64,000 nt of DNA from a virus (lineage: Duplodnaviria; Heunggongvirae; Uroviricota; Caudoviricetes), in the IMG/VR virus record IMGVR_UViG_3300040801_004519, positions 5,231 through 69,230 of that record. One strand, written 5' to 3'. This document shows, one piece after another, positions 19,982-30,063 of the stretch. Every line of letters begins with the position of its first letter. Within the stretch, counting starts at the first letter, position 1. Position numbers and translations under genes: made by a program. The notes beneath the pieces were generated by a model, which had not been told where the DNA came from, did not search any database, and saw only the letters and a list, made by a program, of their open reading frames with translations.

Positions 19982-21506
19982 TACAAGCACTTTTATTGAA
20001 GGCTCAAAGGAATTATCCCGAGAACAACGTTCTGAACTTCGGGAAGTTCTTGGCTTTGAAGATGAAGCTTCGGTGTTTCGTGCTAGAAATATTCCAGGTC
20101 ATGACGGGATAATTTCTACCCTCTGCTTTGGTTATGGAAAACGCCCTTGCAAATGCTATCTCAAAAAGAATGGAATGCACTTTCCTTCTGGTCTTGTTGG
20201 AAGAGTTGTCCGCTTCTTCAAGAATCAGAAGGTCGATTTTAGAGTAAAGGATCATAGACAAAAAGTTGATCTTGTCCACAAATACACTTTGTCAAGTGCG
20301 TGTGAATCTCGTGACTATCAGGAGTTGGCTTCCTCAAAAGCTATAGAGCAAGGTAGGGGTATTCTGGTTGCTGCGACCGGCGCGGGCAAAACCTTTATGT
20401 CTTCCAAAATCATGGCAGACTTGGGTGCATATCCATTTGTATTCTTTGTTCCTTCGCAAGACCTTTTGAAGCAAGCTAAAAATGAATTCGAGAAGTTCAT
20501 TGACGGTGCTACAGTTGGTGTGGTTGGTGGCGGGGAATGCACTCTGAATGATATAACTGTTATGACCTTGCAGACTGCTGCTCGTGCCATTTGCCCAGAG
20601 AAGTATGACAAGAGAAACAAGGATGGGTCAAGATCAAAACGAAACGAGAATGCCACGGAAGATGATGAAGGCTCAAGTGATGACAACTCCGATTTAAGTG
20701 AAAAATACGAGCTAATTCGAAATCACTTAAAATCCACCAAAGCTTTTATTATTGACGAATGCCAGCACGCTAGTAGCGAAACAGTTCAGATGTTGGCTGA
20801 TTTTATGGAACAAGCATATTATCGTTGGGGAGTAAGTGCAACACCCTGGAGAGACAAGGGCGATGATCTGCTGATCGACTCATGCTTTGGAAAACCAGTA
20901 TGTGACATCAATGCTTCTTATCTAATAGATAAAGGTTATCTTATTAAGCCAACTATTTATTTTGTTCCAATCACAAATATGGATGGTCTAGAATTCGATT
21001 CTTACCACGATGCTTATCAAGAGGGAATAGTTGCGAATGAGTATAGAAATAATGCTATTGCAAAAATTGCTAAAAAGCTTGTCGATGATGGTCGCACCGT
21101 TCTTGTTTTGGTTAAAAATATTGAGCATGGAGAAACACTGGAATCGATCATCGATGGTAGCCTGTTTCTCAATGGGAGCCACTCTGGCAAGGTGAGGGAT
21201 GAACATCTTGAAAAAATGCGAAATCATGAAGCTCCGGTTACTATTGCAAGCACGATCTTTGATGAAGGAATAGATGTTCGTCCGTTAGATGCTGTAATTC
21301 TTGCTGGAGGGGGCAAGTCTCAAACCAGAGCCTTGCAGCGCGTGGGCAGGGCGATTCGCCCCTATTCGAATGAGAGTTACACTAAAAAAGATGCTGTCAT
21401 AGTTGATTTTTATGATGACATGAAATGGATGAGAAAACATTCTCGAAAACGCCGTAGAATATATGAAACTGAGCCACTGTTTGAAATCAAAGACTTGAAG
21501 ATATAG
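19932..21506 (+). CDS. SF2 DExH helicase (UvsW-like)
   Basis: AATGAGKT, IIDECQH, GVSAT, TIFDEGID, QRVGRAIR. Confidence 0.9.
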   Translation: MFKKTKKTKVIVLHVHNTSTFIEGSKELSREQRSELREVLGFEDEASVFRARNIPGHDGIISTLCFGYGKRPCKCYLKKNGMHFPSGLVGRVVRFFKNQKVDFRVKDHRQKVDLVHKYTLSSACESRDYQELASSKAIEQGRGILVAATGAGKTFMSSKIMADLGAYPFVFFVPSQDLLKQAKNEFEKFIDGATVGVVGGGECTLNDITVMTLQTAARAICPEKYDKRNKDGSRSKRNENATEDDEGSSDDNSDLSEKYELIRNHLKSTKAFIIDECQHASSETVQMLADFMEQAYYRWGVSATPWRDKGDDLLIDSCFGKPVCDINASYLIDKGYLIKPTIYFVPITNMDGLEFDSYHDAYQEGIVANEYRNNAIAKIAKKLVDDGRTVLVLVKNIEHGETLESIIDGSLFLNGSHSGKVRDEHLEKMRNHEAPVTIASTIFDEGIDVRPLDAVILAGGGKSQTRALQRVGRAIRPYSNESYTKKDAVIVDFYDDMKWMRKHSRKRRRIYETEPLFEIKDLKI

Positions 21507-21513
21507 GAGCAAA

Positions 21514-22404
21514 ATGCCCAAGACTGATAGTGATAAAGTAAACGCATCTGAGAAAGCTATCCTTGATGCGATGTTTGATGTACAGTCTCCCACAGAACTA
21601 AAAAAGGAAAAGGCAGCAGCGAAGAAAGCCAAGAGGTCAGCAAGTAGCAGTACGTCATCTTCTGGCTGGAATACGGTAAGGTTGTCTCCTGATAAAAGAA
21701 GCGAAAAAGATATCTCGAAGTGGACTAATACTGATTTCTTTTACTATGTTAATGATAAACACTTTTCAAGATACGGAACCAAAATTGCTGTAAGTAAAGT
21801 TTACGGTTCTGGTGCCATCGCGGAATCTCGACGTTTGATTTCAAAGGCGCTGGGAAAACGGATGCCTAACGAATTAGTCTTGTCTTACGCAGATTGGTTT
21901 TTCGATATACACCATAAGAAGGTGGTTTCGAAGAGTAAGCCTTTTCGTATAACCATGCTCAAGTGGGAAAGCGTAATGGCATCTTTTATTGCATTCTTGT
22001 CTTCGCGGACAGAATCACAAATTGACAAAGCTCCTGCCATCAGTGACGGTATCGCTAAGCGTCCCCGCGAGGACTCATTAGAAGAGGCCGTTAAATTAAA
22101 ATCTGTTATGGGAAGCAAAGCACTCATTCTTGCTTTTGGGCCAATATTAGCTGCAAATTATCTAATCGTATCAAGGAAACATGATGAAAGTTCCGTTGGA
22201 ACTGAAGTTTTGCGATTGACTCGTAGCTTGATATCAAGTGATTCTAAAAATGTTGACACCATTATATCATCTGTGATGAGGTATGCTCCCTATCCCCCAT
22301 CGCTTAAGTGGGTTGAGATTGAACAGATAGAGAAGGCTCTTGGGAGAGAGTTTGCATCAAGAAAAATGCTTGGCCCAAACCAAGACTTAGATTTTCTTGC
22401 CTGA
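21514..22404 (+). CDS. Hypothetical protein, possibly a replication initiator or loader partner
   Basis: 296-aa basic ORF directly upstream of the DnaC-like and DnaB genes; function inferred from position only. Confidence 0.4.
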   Translation: MPKTDSDKVNASEKAILDAMFDVQSPTELKKEKAAAKKAKRSASSSTSSSGWNTVRLSPDKRSEKDISKWTNTDFFYYVNDKHFSRYGTKIAVSKVYGSGAIAESRRLISKALGKRMPNELVLSYADWFFDIHHKKVVSKSKPFRITMLKWESVMASFIAFLSSRTESQIDKAPAISDGIAKRPREDSLEEAVKLKSVMGSKALILAFGPILAANYLIVSRKHDESSVGTEVLRLTRSLISSDSKNVDTIISSVMRYAPYPPSLKWVEIEQIEKALGREFASRKMLGPNQDLDFLA

Positions 22405-22450
22405 TGCCTCTCATTTTCGTGAGCGAAAATAGTCGATAGAAGAATGTCCA

Positions 22451-23320
22451 ATGAAAAGTATCGTACAGTATCGCAAGAATCTCCTCAGAGAGTATGCCTC
22501 GACTTGCAGCAACGTTGAACGATCTGCTTGTTCTAAGGGTGCTGCATGCCTATGTGAAAGGGTGGCAGAATTCTGGGCATACGTACATGCCTTGCTCCCC
22601 CATGCCTGTCAGACAAAAGATTTATCTGATTTTTCTGGATTTGTTCCTGGGGAAGACCGACAGATACTGCCAGACAAGGTTGTTGTTTCCGCAAGAGAGA
22701 TTGCGGCTCGTTATGTTTGGGGTGATTCCAAAGTTGCGCACAAAGACGATTTTTCAACCCTTCCCCTTGTAAAGCGAGCCGAGGAAGTCCTTTCTTCTCG
22801 TCGCCGGTCTGGGACAAGCCTTGTGATACATGGGAATTCCATGGTCTCTCAAAAGCAAACTGTATCGAATGATTATGGCAATTTCGAAAAAGTAAGGTCC
22901 AGATCAGTGAGGACTGGAAAGACACTCCTGGCCTCAACAGTTATGAAGGAAGTCCTACGTATGCGTCTTCAGCCGGGTCACTTGGCAGATTCCTACGAGT
23001 GGGTTCAGTTTCACACATTAAAAGGTCGTGTAGTATCGGGAGATTCTGAGGCTCAAAGCGAGTATCAAACTTGCGATTGGCTTGTTGTTGATGGGATTGA
23101 TCTGTTAAATAATGCTAGTGATGCAGCAAAGCAATACCAGATAGACTTGTTTGATAGAGTATTTTTAGAGCGAGTCGAACAAGGTCTTCCGACCATACTT
23201 GTTTTCAAGATTGACATCAACGAAATAGATGGTATTGAGGAAGAGTTGGGTAACGGGATCGCACAGATTGTATCCGATCCTTCCACATTTAAAATCGGAT
23301 TGGGGAGGCCAATACTATGA
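22451..23320 (+). CDS. DnaC/IstB-like P-loop ATPase (helicase loader-like)
   Basis: N-terminal Cys cluster, LVIHG...TGKTLLAS, WLVVDGID, RVEQGLPTIL; adjacent to DnaB. Confidence 0.6.
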   Translation: MKSIVQYRKNLLREYASTCSNVERSACSKGAACLCERVAEFWAYVHALLPHACQTKDLSDFSGFVPGEDRQILPDKVVVSAREIAARYVWGDSKVAHKDDFSTLPLVKRAEEVLSSRRRSGTSLVIHGNSMVSQKQTVSNDYGNFEKVRSRSVRTGKTLLASTVMKEVLRMRLQPGHLADSYEWVQFHTLKGRVVSGDSEAQSEYQTCDWLVVDGIDLLNNASDAAKQYQIDLFDRVFLERVEQGLPTILVFKIDINEIDGIEEELGNGIAQIVSDPSTFKIGLGRPIL

Positions 23321-24861
23321 GTGAAGCAAACGTAGATGACCAGATTCTCAATCTTATACTTAATGATCATGGATGTCTTCGGACATTCATTGAGTCCCCA
23401 ATTGACGCATCTCATTTCGATAGAGAAAAATCAACACTCGTTCTTGCTATATTGGATGCTGAAGCCAAAGGTTCACAGCTAACAGAGAATGGTTACGACC
23501 TCTTTATGCAAAAGAATTCTCTTTCCAAGAAAGAGAGGATTGCAAAAAAGAACGAATATTTTAGATTAGCCAATACTATTGATGCATCGCCACAAGACCT
23601 TCCAAGCCTACTTGAGAGGAAGAGGGTAGAGTATGTAGATTCTGTTACAATACGTTCAATAAATAAGTTCCGCGAGCAGAGGGATTCCGATCCTGTTGCT
23701 GCCGCAGTCTCGCTTGCAGATGAAATTCGTTTCGCCGCGACTTCAGCGTCTCAAGATAAACGAGCGGAGATGTTTATCACCAAAGATGCTGAGTTCCGCT
23801 CATCTTGGCGTTCGGATTTGATGGAACGCCGTGTGAAGGAAGAGGAGGCTCTTTGCTGCGGAATGCCAGAGTTTGACGACATTATGGCAACTGGATTTGA
23901 CCAAATGACCTTGACCGTCATTGTGGGCGATACCGGTTCTTTTAAAACCACGACTATGATGAACATAGCTTGTGGTGTTTGCGAGAAAAACAATGTTGAT
24001 GTACTGTATGTCCCGTTGGAAATGACGGCTCATCAGATGTACAACAAGCTGGTGTCTCGTGGAGCGAACATACCACTTAATGTTTTACTCAAGCCGAAAA
24101 CTTATCTTACTGAAGATCATATAAACAAGATCGACAAGTTTGAAAAGGAAGAAGAAGATCGAGAAGGCCGTTTTGCACTTTTGGATATTGGTGAAAGAAC
24201 TACTGTAAGCGCAATTCGGAGACAGATTGAGCAAAGCATACACATTGTTCAGCCTCGCTTAGTGGTTATCGATTACGTTGCGAACCTTTTGCCAGACCGT
24301 TCGCATAATGGTCGTCATGACCTCGAAATTGGTGACATGTTGAAGGATATGTTGAAAATGGGCAAAGCTGGGGTTGTAACCGAGAAGGGTTTTGGAGTTG
24401 TCACTGCTGCGCAGCTTGGACGAGAAGCCTTGAAGCGATTGAAGAACCAGAAAGACTCTAGTAAGATGACTCTCGGTAGTGATGATATTCAAAACTCGCA
24501 CCAATATTCGACTGACGCTTCTGCAATTTTTGGTCTTTACCGCCCATCACAAGATGCCGACAAGACATTGATGGTCATTCCGATGAAAAGCAGATTCGGC
24601 CCGAAGACTTACGAGAATACTTCTAACCCTAACTGTGCTCTCTTGACAGTTCAACCGGAATATAGCAGGGTCATGACCAGTCAAGAGCTTGACTGGAGTT
24701 CAAATGCCGAAGAGATACTGATGAAGAGCAGTACTCCCCCCAAGGCACTTCAATCACAAAACAATTTAGATGATTGGGATTTTGATGAGGAAAGCGGATC
24801 AGCCATAACGGTATCTGCAAATCCCGTAGAATCTGAAGAACTACAGGACTTATTGAGTTGA
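23317..24861 (+). CDS. dnaB: DnaB-like replicative helicase
   Basis: LTVIVGDTGSFKTT, YVPLEM, LVVIDY, TAAQLGR, KSRFG. Confidence 0.85.
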   Translation: MSEANVDDQILNLILNDHGCLRTFIESPIDASHFDREKSTLVLAILDAEAKGSQLTENGYDLFMQKNSLSKKERIAKKNEYFRLANTIDASPQDLPSLLERKRVEYVDSVTIRSINKFREQRDSDPVAAAVSLADEIRFAATSASQDKRAEMFITKDAEFRSSWRSDLMERRVKEEEALCCGMPEFDDIMATGFDQMTLTVIVGDTGSFKTTTMMNIACGVCEKNNVDVLYVPLEMTAHQMYNKLVSRGANIPLNVLLKPKTYLTEDHINKIDKFEKEEEDREGRFALLDIGERTTVSAIRRQIEQSIHIVQPRLVVIDYVANLLPDRSHNGRHDLEIGDMLKDMLKMGKAGVVTEKGFGVVTAAQLGREALKRLKNQKDSSKMTLGSDDIQNSHQYSTDASAIFGLYRPSQDADKTLMVIPMKSRFGPKTYENTSNPNCALLTVQPEYSRVMTSQELDWSSNAEEILMKSSTPPKALQSQNNLDDWDFDEESGSAITVSANPVESEELQDLLS

Positions 24862-25487
24862 GTGAACATAAAGAGTCATTTACAATGTCTCAGATATCTT
24901 CTAACTGGAAGATATCTGAGTATTTAAGTTCTCAGGGAATACATCCTGAGCTTGAAACGCATGGGCGACTTAAATATTCATGTCCTCTACATGATGACGA
25001 CACCCCCTCTTTTATAGTTTACGAGAATGAGGATGAAGGTGACAGCTTTTACTGCTTTGGCTGCAAAAAAGGCGGGAGAATTGTTCAACTTAAGATGCTG
25101 CTTGAAGGGATGAATGCTTCCAAAGCGATATCCCAGCTTTCAGCCGGTCTTGATATAGATATTGGTGGCGAGCTTTCTTTTTTATGCAGAAGGCTCGAAG
25201 AAGAGGTAGATCAAGAAGATGAAGATTCTCTTGAAGACATCGTTCTTTCCATTAGCAGGAAGCTTTATGGAGTTAGAAAAGCAATTCGTGATGAAGAGCC
25301 TTGGTTGTCTGGTATAGAGAAGATATTTAAGCTTGCAGACGATGCATTGTATAGATGTGATCGTAAGAGCCTGAAAGAAATTGAGGAAATGGTAAAGCTT
25401 AACTCTAGGCCTGTGATTAAATCATACAATGAAAACAAGCGGGCATCAAAAATTGACGCTGTAAAAACTTACTCAATTGTAAAATAA
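24858..25487 (+). CDS. Stand-alone DnaG-type CHC2 zinc-binding domain protein
   Basis: CPLHDDDTPSF...FYCFGCKKGG. No Toprim motifs follow; the C-terminus is helical. Confidence 0.8.
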   Translation: MSEHKESFTMSQISSNWKISEYLSSQGIHPELETHGRLKYSCPLHDDDTPSFIVYENEDEGDSFYCFGCKKGGRIVQLKMLLEGMNASKAISQLSAGLDIDIGGELSFLCRRLEEEVDQEDEDSLEDIVLSISRKLYGVRKAIRDEEPWLSGIEKIFKLADDALYRCDRKSLKEIEEMVKLNSRPVIKSYNENKRASKIDAVKTYSIVK

Positions 25488-26017
25488 TGGGAAGACCAAA
25501 AAAGAAAAGGCAAGAAGATTTATTCGAACCCACCTATCGCTTTAGCGATATTACCATATTAGAAGCCCAGGGTGAATATAAGGAATGTCGCAGAATACTA
25601 AAAGAATGCGGCAGCAGGGAGCCATGGTGTCTTCGAAGTAAATTAACCATCATCCATCCATTCGGTGTTTGCGATATGGAGCTAGAGTTTCATAGTGACA
25701 GGCGTCTTCGGATTATTTCGTGCAGGCCGAGCACAAGTGAACCTGTTGCCAACTATGATCTTAGATGTCTTCGCCAGTGGGTTGAAGCCAACAACTGGAA
25801 AATACCTGTTCCGAGTAAGCATGTAATAGAATCAGATATAAATTTCTGGAAACATATGTGGGACGTCACACTTATCGACAGTGAATTTTTTGATGAACGG
25901 TATGGTGATAAAGAAGCTATGTATTTTGAAGAAGAAGAAGACGAAGATTTTGAGTCTACATCATCTTCTTCATCTTCGTTAGATGAATTTGAGAAAAAGG
26001 TAAATGAGCTTGACTGA
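25487..26017 (+). CDS. Hypothetical protein with acidic tail
   Basis: 176-aa ORF with a TAATG overlap. Confidence 0.5.
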   Translation: MGRPKKKRQEDLFEPTYRFSDITILEAQGEYKECRRILKECGSREPWCLRSKLTIIHPFGVCDMELEFHSDRRLRIISCRPSTSEPVANYDLRCLRQWVEANNWKIPVPSKHVIESDINFWKHMWDVTLIDSEFFDERYGDKEAMYFEEEEDEDFESTSSSSSSLDEFEKKVNELD

Positions 26018-26894
26018 TCTTGTATGCGATTGTGGATATACATATAAGAACGTCTCTGCTTGGTTGCGAAAGCCCTGCCCTCGATGCGGGGAATGGATAG
26101 AGGGCGGGGAAAATCATCCTTGGGTAAGAGAAACTAAGATAAGACATGATAGGTTAAAGAGAGAAGCCATTGTGTCGATAATGAATAATATACGAGTTAA
26201 TCAGAAACGGAATAAAAGCATGCCAATTAATACCAGTGAAGCATTTAAGAGTGTGAAGTTTGTCTACAATCAAGAGGATCAAGAATTTTCTCTTGACTTC
26301 GAATATCATCACACACCTGAATTCGGACCAACAATAACAATACACAATCTGGCTGGAGGTCCACTTTCTCTTCCTGCAAATGCGTACTTTGATACTGTTG
26401 AATACCTTCGAAGTGAGGCTGGATTATTCATGGGGATTCCCCAACAGCCGCAGTCTCAGCCTGTTCACCAACCTCATCATACGCAACAACCGCACTATCC
26501 GCCTGCCGCCGTGGGTGGCATTGCTCCAACACGTCGTGTTGTTGGTCATAGTTCGATTGTGGCACCATCTCCTGAGCCTATGCAAGCTGTTCATCCCTAT
26601 TCCCCGCATGCTCAAGCCTATCCAACTGGACCCCAGGGTAATCAGCCAAACCAGTATCAGCCTGCACCACAACAGCAACCGCAGCATCCGCAGCACTATG
26701 GAACACAAGCCTCAGTTGTTGCAAGTGGTGGTGTAGAGCCAGATGTAAAGGTTGATGGTCGGCATATAGTTCGCTCCGATGAGGATGACTCTGACTTATC
26801 TGGGATGACTCGTGAAGCTGCTAGAGCAAAAATGGCTCGGCATAAGCCTGATCCCAAAAAGAGGATTGCAAAGAGACGCGCAGAAGTTGAATAG
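26004..26894 (+). CDS. Hypothetical protein: N-terminal Zn ribbon and Q/P/H-rich low-complexity region
   Basis: CDCG...CPRCG; QQPQSQPVHQPHH...QQQPQHPQH. Confidence 0.5.
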   Translation: MSLTDLVCDCGYTYKNVSAWLRKPCPRCGEWIEGGENHPWVRETKIRHDRLKREAIVSIMNNIRVNQKRNKSMPINTSEAFKSVKFVYNQEDQEFSLDFEYHHTPEFGPTITIHNLAGGPLSLPANAYFDTVEYLRSEAGLFMGIPQQPQSQPVHQPHHTQQPHYPPAAVGGIAPTRRVVGHSSIVAPSPEPMQAVHPYSPHAQAYPTGPQGNQPNQYQPAPQQQPQHPQHYGTQASVVASGGVEPDVKVDGRHIVRSDEDDSDLSGMTREAARAKMARHKPDPKKRIAKRRAEVE

Positions 26895-26898
26895 TTAG

Positions 26899-27126
26899 AT
26901 GAAGTGGAATTGTAAAACAATTTCTTTAAATACGCTTGCTGTCACGCCCAATGGTCCAATTAAGGAGACAAAGTGTGATACATGTAAAACCAGCGATTGT
27001 AGCTACAGGATAGAAAAGGTTAATGTTTCTATTGTTGGAGTCACAAAGAAGATGCGATGTCTCATCGTTGGTAACTACCCGAGCATGGTCATTGATTGTG
27101 ATGGTTATGCTCCTAATTCTCGATAA
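26899..27126 (+). CDS. Small Cys-rich hypothetical protein
   Basis: 75 aa, CDTCKTSDC. Confidence 0.45.
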   Translation: MKWNCKTISLNTLAVTPNGPIKETKCDTCKTSDCSYRIEKVNVSIVGVTKKMRCLIVGNYPSMVIDCDGYAPNSR

Positions 27127-27140
27127 AGCTGAGGTGCGCT

Positions 27141-27416
27141 ATCCCAACCTACGACTACCAATGCGATAAATGTGACGCTAAATTTGAAGTGTACAGATCA
27201 ATCAAAGATGAATCTGACCAAGAATGTTTAGAGTGCAAAGAATCACCCGCTAGAAGGCTTTTGTCCGCTGGTGGAGGTTTTATCATGACGGGCAAAGAGG
27301 TTTGGGAGTATTCTGATGTTCACTACCATAAGCCAAAGTATTTGCGAAGCAGAGATGGTAAGCATCGCGTTAAGTATGATCCCAATAAGCATGGACATTC
27401 AGGTGCAAATCCTTAA
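27141..27416 (+). CDS. FmdB-family zinc-ribbon protein with apparent ATC start
   Basis: The frame extends upstream of the GTG at 27189 as (I)PTYDYQCDKCDAKFEV...CLECKESPARRLLSAGGGF, the FmdB MPTYxYxCxxC pattern. GAGGTG lies just upstream of ATC at 27141. Confidence 0.7.
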   Translation: MPTYDYQCDKCDAKFEVYRSIKDESDQECLECKESPARRLLSAGGGFIMTGKEVWEYSDVHYHKPKYLRSRDGKHRVKYDPNKHGHSGANP

Positions 27417-27465
27417 ATTCGTGAGAAGCTGACTTTGCTAATGCTATTGTTCCGATACCATCTCT

Positions 27466-30060
27466 ATGGGTCGAAGGTTCAAGAACGCGGATTTCTGTCA
27501 CTGCCATTGCCATAGTGAGTACAGCAAGCTGGACGGCTTGCAGAAAATTACCAATATGGTGCTAAAGGCCCGAGAGATGGGGTTCCCCGCTCTTGCTTTG
27601 ACTGACCACGGAAACGTAGGTGGTTGGGTAAAATTTATGGCAGAATGTAACCGAAAGAGGGGGAAAGATGGAGAGGAAATCCCTCATCCAACAATCAAGC
27701 CCCTTCTCGGCTGCCTCCTTGGTCATCAAGAAATCATCACAAGCGACGGTATAAAGCCAATTCGCGATATCCGCAAGGGTGACTCCGTACTTACGCACAA
27801 AGGGCGTTTTCGCAAGGTGGTATACACCATGACGCGAAGGCACAAGGGTAAGGCGTACGAGATTACCACGTCAGGTGGAGAACATCGCAAGCTAATTGTA
27901 ACCGATGAGCACCCTATTCTAGTTCGGTCAAATGATGGCCTGATTCAGTGGGTTCAGCCTCCCGAAATAAAGGATGGTTATGTCTCGAAGAAGCAGGGAC
28001 TGAGAAAATGGAACTCTTATGTTTGCCTTCCGAAGCTCAAGATGGAAGCCCCGTATACGGTAGACTTCTCAGAATACCTGCCGGAATTCTTCAGCGTGAT
28101 CGAGGGTAAAATCACTCGGTCAAAAATATACGGAAAATTTGACTCAGAGAAACATTGGAGTTTTCCAAATAATTTCAAGACGAGCAATGACTTTGACCTT
28201 GCTTATCTCCTAGGCCTTTACGCCTCCGAGGGAAGTCTTCATCATAATAAGGATGGCAGGCTTTCGGGAGGGATTGTATTTACATTCTCTATCGAAGAGT
28301 CTCACTATGTGAAGGCGGTTCAAGATTGCATGCTAAGCATCTTTGGTCTTCAAGGGGTCGAAAGAGTAAGAGAGGACAAGAATATCCGAGAGGTCTTGTA
28401 CAGCAGCGTGCCTGTTGCATATGTTCTTGAAGGTATGTGCGGATCAGGGGCAAAGAACAAGAAGATTCCTAACTTCATATTAAGTCGAGGTTTTTCCACA
28501 CAGTGCCAGTTCATTGAAGGACTTCTGGACGGTGATGGAAAAAATGCCGAGAGGAGTACAAATATCAATGGTCAGAGGACACTTAGAACTGCCTCGCAGC
28601 ATCTCGCTTGGGGTCTTCGCACTCTTCTTGTTGGAAAGGGTCACTGGGTCGAAGTTGCTAAATATGATGAAGGCAATAAAACTGTATATACCGTTCCTTT
28701 TAATCCAGATAGAAGCTATTCCCGCACACTTGAGGATGACAACTTCCTGTTCAAACCCGTCAAATCGGTTCGAGAGATCGACCTAGATGATGACGTGTAC
28801 AACTTTGAAGTTGATGAGGACAACAGCTATGTGAGCGATTTCATTCTTCACAACTGTGAATTCTATTTGGCACGTCGTCATGAGTGGCATGGTATCAGCA
28901 AGATGGGCAAGGGATATAAAGGGCCTAACCTTCAAGAAGACGGTGCCAGAGGTAATCGACATTTTCTTCTTACAGCAAAAAACTGGATTGGATACCAGAA
29001 CTTATGTAAGCTTAGTCAAGCATCTTGGACTGACGGATTTTACCGTAATCCAAGAGTTGACGTTGAGCAGCTTGCTGAACACTCAGAAGGCCTCGTTGCG
29101 TCTTCTGCCTGTTTGAGTTCAGTAGTGAATGCAGCGCTTCTCTATGACCGCTATGATGAAGCCAGAAAAGCAGTCCAAATCTTTAAAGATATCTTCAAGG
29201 AAGATTTCTTTATGGAGGTTATGTATCACGGCATTGATGAAGAAGCAGCGATAATACCCGATATTCTAAAGTTGGGTAAAGAAATGGGCGTTCCTGTAAT
29301 TGCGACAAACGACAATCATTATCTTGAGAAGCATCAAGCTGAAAGCCAAGAGATTCTCATGGCGATGAATATGAAGAAGTGCGTATTGGACCCCAAAAAG
29401 CTTTCTTTCCCTCATCCAGAGTTTTACATGAAGAGTGCCGAGGAGATGGGCAAGATTTTTGGTCATCATCCTGAAACCATCTATAATACTCGTGCAATCG
29501 TTGATAGAATTGATGCGGAAGATATATCCAGGAACATCATGGGTGGCATGAGGCTTCCTAACATTGAGATTCCTGAACAGTATAAGTCTCCTTTTGAATA
29601 CATGGAAAAGCAGGCTTGGCAAGGGTTAAAGAGCTTGGGTTGGGACAAAAGTGAACCGCATGTAAACGCGCTAAAAAAAGAGATTGCTGATACAAAAGTT
29701 GCATTAGACAACAACGGAATGGCTTTCGATAAGTACTTCCTCATTGTTTCCGATTACTTAAAATTTGCAAAAGATAACGGAATCTTTACAGGTGGAAGTA
29801 GGGGGTCGGGTGGTGGAAGCGTTTTACTTAGAACCCTTGATATTACTTACGGGCCAGACCCCCTCAAGTATGGCCTCTTGTGGGAGAGGTTCTTAGGATT
29901 CGATGATAGGAGGTTCTATAACGCAAGGGACTTTGGTGTTGAAACTGCTGTAGACCTCGCTTCCATCATGGACCAAGCGGAAGAGAATGCAGAAGAGTTT
30001 GAAGATATCGAGGAAGATCGTGAATACGACGACGATCCTGGTGGAGTTGATAGATACTAG
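27466..30060 (+). CDS. dnaE: DNA polymerase III alpha (DnaE), N-terminal part: PHP domain and first part of the palm; contains an intein
   Basis: HCHSEYSKLDG, ALTDHG, KPLLG|CE, ATNDNHY, FYMKS, SRGSGGGS, YGLLWERFL. Ends in an acidic tail before the PDID motif. Confidence 0.9.
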   Translation: MGRRFKNADFCHCHCHSEYSKLDGLQKITNMVLKAREMGFPALALTDHGNVGGWVKFMAECNRKRGKDGEEIPHPTIKPLLGCLLGHQEIITSDGIKPIRDIRKGDSVLTHKGRFRKVVYTMTRRHKGKAYEITTSGGEHRKLIVTDEHPILVRSNDGLIQWVQPPEIKDGYVSKKQGLRKWNSYVCLPKLKMEAPYTVDFSEYLPEFFSVIEGKITRSKIYGKFDSEKHWSFPNNFKTSNDFDLAYLLGLYASEGSLHHNKDGRLSGGIVFTFSIEESHYVKAVQDCMLSIFGLQGVERVREDKNIREVLYSSVPVAYVLEGMCGSGAKNKKIPNFILSRGFSTQCQFIEGLLDGDGKNAERSTNINGQRTLRTASQHLAWGLRTLLVGKGHWVEVAKYDEGNKTVYTVPFNPDRSYSRTLEDDNFLFKPVKSVREIDLDDDVYNFEVDEDNSYVSDFILHNCEFYLARRHEWHGISKMGKGYKGPNLQEDGARGNRHFLLTAKNWIGYQNLCKLSQASWTDGFYRNPRVDVEQLAEHSEGLVASSACLSSVVNAALLYDRYDEARKAVQIFKDIFKEDFFMEVMYHGIDEEAAIIPDILKLGKEMGVPVIATNDNHYLEKHQAESQEILMAMNMKKCVLDPKKLSFPHPEFYMKSAEEMGKIFGHHPETIYNTRAIVDRIDAEDISRNIMGGMRLPNIEIPEQYKSPFEYMEKQAWQGLKSLGWDKSEPHVNALKKEIADTKVALDNNGMAFDKYFLIVSDYLKFAKDNGIFTGGSRGSGGGSVLLRTLDITYGPDPLKYGLLWERFLGFDDRRFYNARDFGVETAVDLASIMDQAEENAEEFEDIEEDREYDDDPGGVDRY
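27712..28854 (+). mobile_element. Intein with LAGLIDADG homing endonuclease in the DnaE PHP domain (381 aa)
   Basis: Starts CLLGHQEIIT, block B VTDEHP, LAGLIDADG motifs LLGLYASEG and FIEGLLDGDG, block F VYNFEV, ends ILHN followed by Cys+1. Removal restores KPLLG-CEFY. Confidence 0.92.
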
Positions 30061-30063
30061 AAG

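Noticed and set aside
30058-30063. Genome-wide amber (TAG) reassignment as the explanation for the DnaE break
   Set aside because: TAG ends many genes, for example at 21506 where the next gene starts in another frame, and ORFs of 1854 and 2713 aa contain no internal TAG. Only site-specific read-through remains possible.
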